NCBI GenBank assembly: GCA_963712745.1
Contig: CAVQJC010000001.1
Coordinates: 64,001 to 128,000 of the forward strand
Direction of reading: 5' to 3'
Origin: an uncultured Chloroflexia bacterium
Lineage (GTDB): Bacteria; Chloroflexota; Limnocylindria; Limnocylindrales; CSP1-4
DNA length: 64,000 nucleotides
Shown here: piece after piece, positions 61,980 to 64,000 of the stretch
Layout of the letters: every line of letters starts with the position of its first letter
Numbering within the stretch: position 1 is the first letter of the stretch
The notes under the pieces: generated by a model
Database searches by the model: none
Seen by the model: only the letters and a program-made list of their open reading frames with translations
What the model was told of the DNA's origin: nothing
Program-made: the position numbers and the translations under genes

Positions 61980-62305
61980 GCTGCAATCACCGCTACTGGC
62001 ACGGCTGCGACTGGCCACCACCCCCGGATCGGTACGACCCGTACGCCTACGGCTACCCGCCCCGCCGCTATCCCGCCGAGACGGTCGTGATCCGTGACGG
62101 AGACGAGGTGCTCGGGGAGGAGGGGCCGCGACGTCCACGCGGGGCAGGCCGGGGCCGCCGTCGTGGAGCCCCTCGGGCAGCATACGAGGAGGTCACGGCC
62201 GACTCGCTGCAGGCCCGAGCCGAGGCGCTGCGAGAGGAGCTCGAGCGCATCGAGGAGGACCTGAGCCGGCTCTCGGTGGTGCCGACGACGGAGAACGACA
62301 CGTAA
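61976..62305 (+). CDS. Small protein (DUF5320-like layout: Cys/His N-tail, Arg/Gly middle, C-terminal coiled coil)
   Basis: ATGA overlap with padR; LQARAEALREELERIEEDL. Confidence 0.65.
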   Translation: MSCNHRYWHGCDWPPPPDRYDPYAYGYPPRRYPAETVVIRDGDEVLGEEGPRRPRGAGRGRRRGAPRAAYEEVTADSLQARAEALREELERIEEDLSRLSVVPTTENDT

Positions 62306-62324
62306 CCACGGTCACTGCCTCACC

Positions 62325-62354
62325 ACGGCCCCGGGCCTCGTCCCCCGGGGCCGT
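62325..62354. terminator. Hairpin between convergent genes
   Basis: ACGGCCCCGGG...CCCGGGGCCGT. Confidence 0.55.
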
Positions 62355-62420
62355 ACGCTGTGTTTCGCGCTGGCGCGCATGGGCCGGCGGCGCGGGAGCG
62401 GGTGACTCCGCTGGCGGGCG

Positions 62421-63692
62421 TCATGCTGCTGGGTCAGCCGACTCCTCTGTCGGCTGGGATCGCTCGGTCATGATCGTCCGAACGCCCGAGACGATCAGGG
62501 CGGCCGTGCCGACAGCGATCAGGATGGGGGCGGTCTGGAGCGTCCCGACCTGGGTGAGGAGGGCGGCCAACAGGACCAGCGAGAACGGCGCCGAGACGAT
62601 CGCACCTGGCACCGCCGCGAGCAGGCAGGCGAAGGCCAGCCCCAGCGGGACTTCCGGGAGGACCTGGTTGACGATGACGCCGGACGTGCCCCCGATGAAG
62701 AGGATCGGGAAGATCGGGCCGCCGATGAAGCCACTGCCCGCGCTAACCGCGAACGCCAGCATCTTGCCGACCAGGATGGCGAAGAGGAGCGCCAGCCCCA
62801 GGGTCTGCGCCTCCGTCAGCACCACCTCGAGCTGGTCGCTGCCGGTGAACGCGGTCAGTGGGAGGACCACCGCGATGAGCCCGAAGGCCACCCCGCCGAT
62901 GACGGGCTTGGCGATGTCGCTGACAGGCAGGAGTGCGAAGGCCTTCACGGCCACCGTCCGAATGATCACGGTCGTGATGGCCACGAGCGCCGCGAGCGCG
63001 CCCAGCCCCACGCCGGCCAGGAGATGCCAATCCTCGAAGTCGTAGGCGGGGATCGAGTAGATCCCGAGGAACACGCTGCCGATGATGGCGAAGTAGATGG
63101 CGAACGCGACGCTCGAAGCCACGAGGCTCCCGAAGAACGTGCGCTCGACCCGTCCGCGACCCGGCCGCGCGACCTCGATGACGAGGGCCATCGAGACGAG
63201 CGGGCTCGAGAAGAGCCCGCCGAACGCACCAGCCATGCCGCTGAGCGTCAGCGCCTTGGCGTCGTCTTCCCCGAGACCGCGGAGCTTGGCGATCCAGCCG
63301 GCCGTGCCGCCGCCGATCTGCCCCAGGGCGACCTCTGGTCCCAGACTGGCGCCGCCGATCAGGGAGACTGCTGAGACGGCGACGATCGACGGCACTGACC
63401 GCTCGTCGACGTGCTCATCCTGCAGGTCCTCGATCAGGCCGGGCGTCTTCTGCGGTATCTTCAGCGCTCGGCGGAGGAAGCCCACGATGAGGCCGGCCAC
63501 TGCCGCTACCGCTACCCACCACACGGGTCCCTCGAACCAATCCGTGCCCGGCTCGCCGTACCAGTCAGCCCCGACACCGGTCACGCCCAGGAAGACGATG
63601 CCTGAGGCGGCGCCGACGACGCCCAGCAAGGCGGCGTAACCGAGCAGACGCCAGAAGCTCCGTCTCCGCGTCTCGGCCGGTGACTCGCTCAT
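62421..63692 (-). CDS. ClC-family chloride channel protein (YfeO-like)
   Basis: GGASLGPEVAL, FGGLFSSPL, GFIGGPIFP; many TM segments. Confidence 0.88.
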   Translation of the reverse strand: MSESPAETRRRSFWRLLGYAALLGVVGAASGIVFLGVTGVGADWYGEPGTDWFEGPVWWVAVAAVAGLIVGFLRRALKIPQKTPGLIEDLQDEHVDERSVPSIVAVSAVSLIGGASLGPEVALGQIGGGTAGWIAKLRGLGEDDAKALTLSGMAGAFGGLFSSPLVSMALVIEVARPGRGRVERTFFGSLVASSVAFAIYFAIIGSVFLGIYSIPAYDFEDWHLLAGVGLGALAALVAITTVIIRTVAVKAFALLPVSDIAKPVIGGVAFGLIAVVLPLTAFTGSDQLEVVLTEAQTLGLALLFAILVGKMLAFAVSAGSGFIGGPIFPILFIGGTSGVIVNQVLPEVPLGLAFACLLAAVPGAIVSAPFSLVLLAALLTQVGTLQTAPILIAVGTAALIVSGVRTIMTERSQPTEESADPAA

Positions 63693-63896
63693 GCTCGTTA
63701 CGTCGCCCATTCGACTCACTCCTGCGGCTGCGGACCCTGGGCCGGTCCCGTGGCTCCACCAACTGGGATCCTGAGACTATCGGCTCATGCTGCTCAGCGG
63801 CTTGCTAGTCTCGCACCCGCAGCGTCATTGCTGGTCGGCGCAGGCGCGCATCCACGGGTCGCACAGGAGCTGCTGCGTCACGCTTCCGAAAGCTAG

Positions 63897-64000
63897 ATGA
63901 CGATGCAGGTCCATGCACACGTCACGGCGGCTCGACGACGCGAGGCGGCGGACCTGCTGGAGCTGGCCCCGACCGACCGCATCCAGTCGGTCACGGATGC
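63897..64000 (+). CDS. Possible 5' fragment of a gene running off the window
   Basis: Open frame MTMQVHAHVTAARRREAADLLELAPTDRIQSVTD; no recognisable motif. Confidence 0.25.
   Translation, partial: MTMQVHAHVTAARRREAADLLELAPTDRIQSVTD

Overview
High-GC bacterial chromosomal window; gene content and protein style tentatively suggest Chloroflexota (inference, not verified). The left ~36 kb is mostly core genome: the start of the dcw cluster (mraZ-rsmH-small ORF-ftsL-like-ftsI), a compact RNase P RNA, RNase HI, a 3-subunit succinate dehydrogenase divergent from sucCD, an MFS/TetR pair, an acyl-CoA carboxylase/methylmalonyl-CoA mutase/epimerase operon, a parAB pair away from any visible origin genes, msrA, a sulfurtransferase, a broken ROK-yhfX-sugar ABC locus and gluQ. 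From a degenerate tRNA-Asn 3' fragment at ~37.3 kb rightwards the content looks accessory: three orphan Tad minor-pilin genes, an IS481 remnant, a large PKD/Ig surface protein, an internally deleted IS110 (IS1111-group) element sitting in a palindromic target, an OatA-like acyltransferase, tandem secreted paralogs, a PTS-dependent dihydroxyacetone kinase operon with a split DhaM, radical SAM-fba-padR genes sharing an operator-like motif, and a ClC channel. Many single-base frameshifts, including one in pccB, suggest long-read assembly errors, so pseudogene calls are provisional. No CRISPR array, rRNA or intact tRNA was found, and no single unambiguous novel system; the best leads are under findings.
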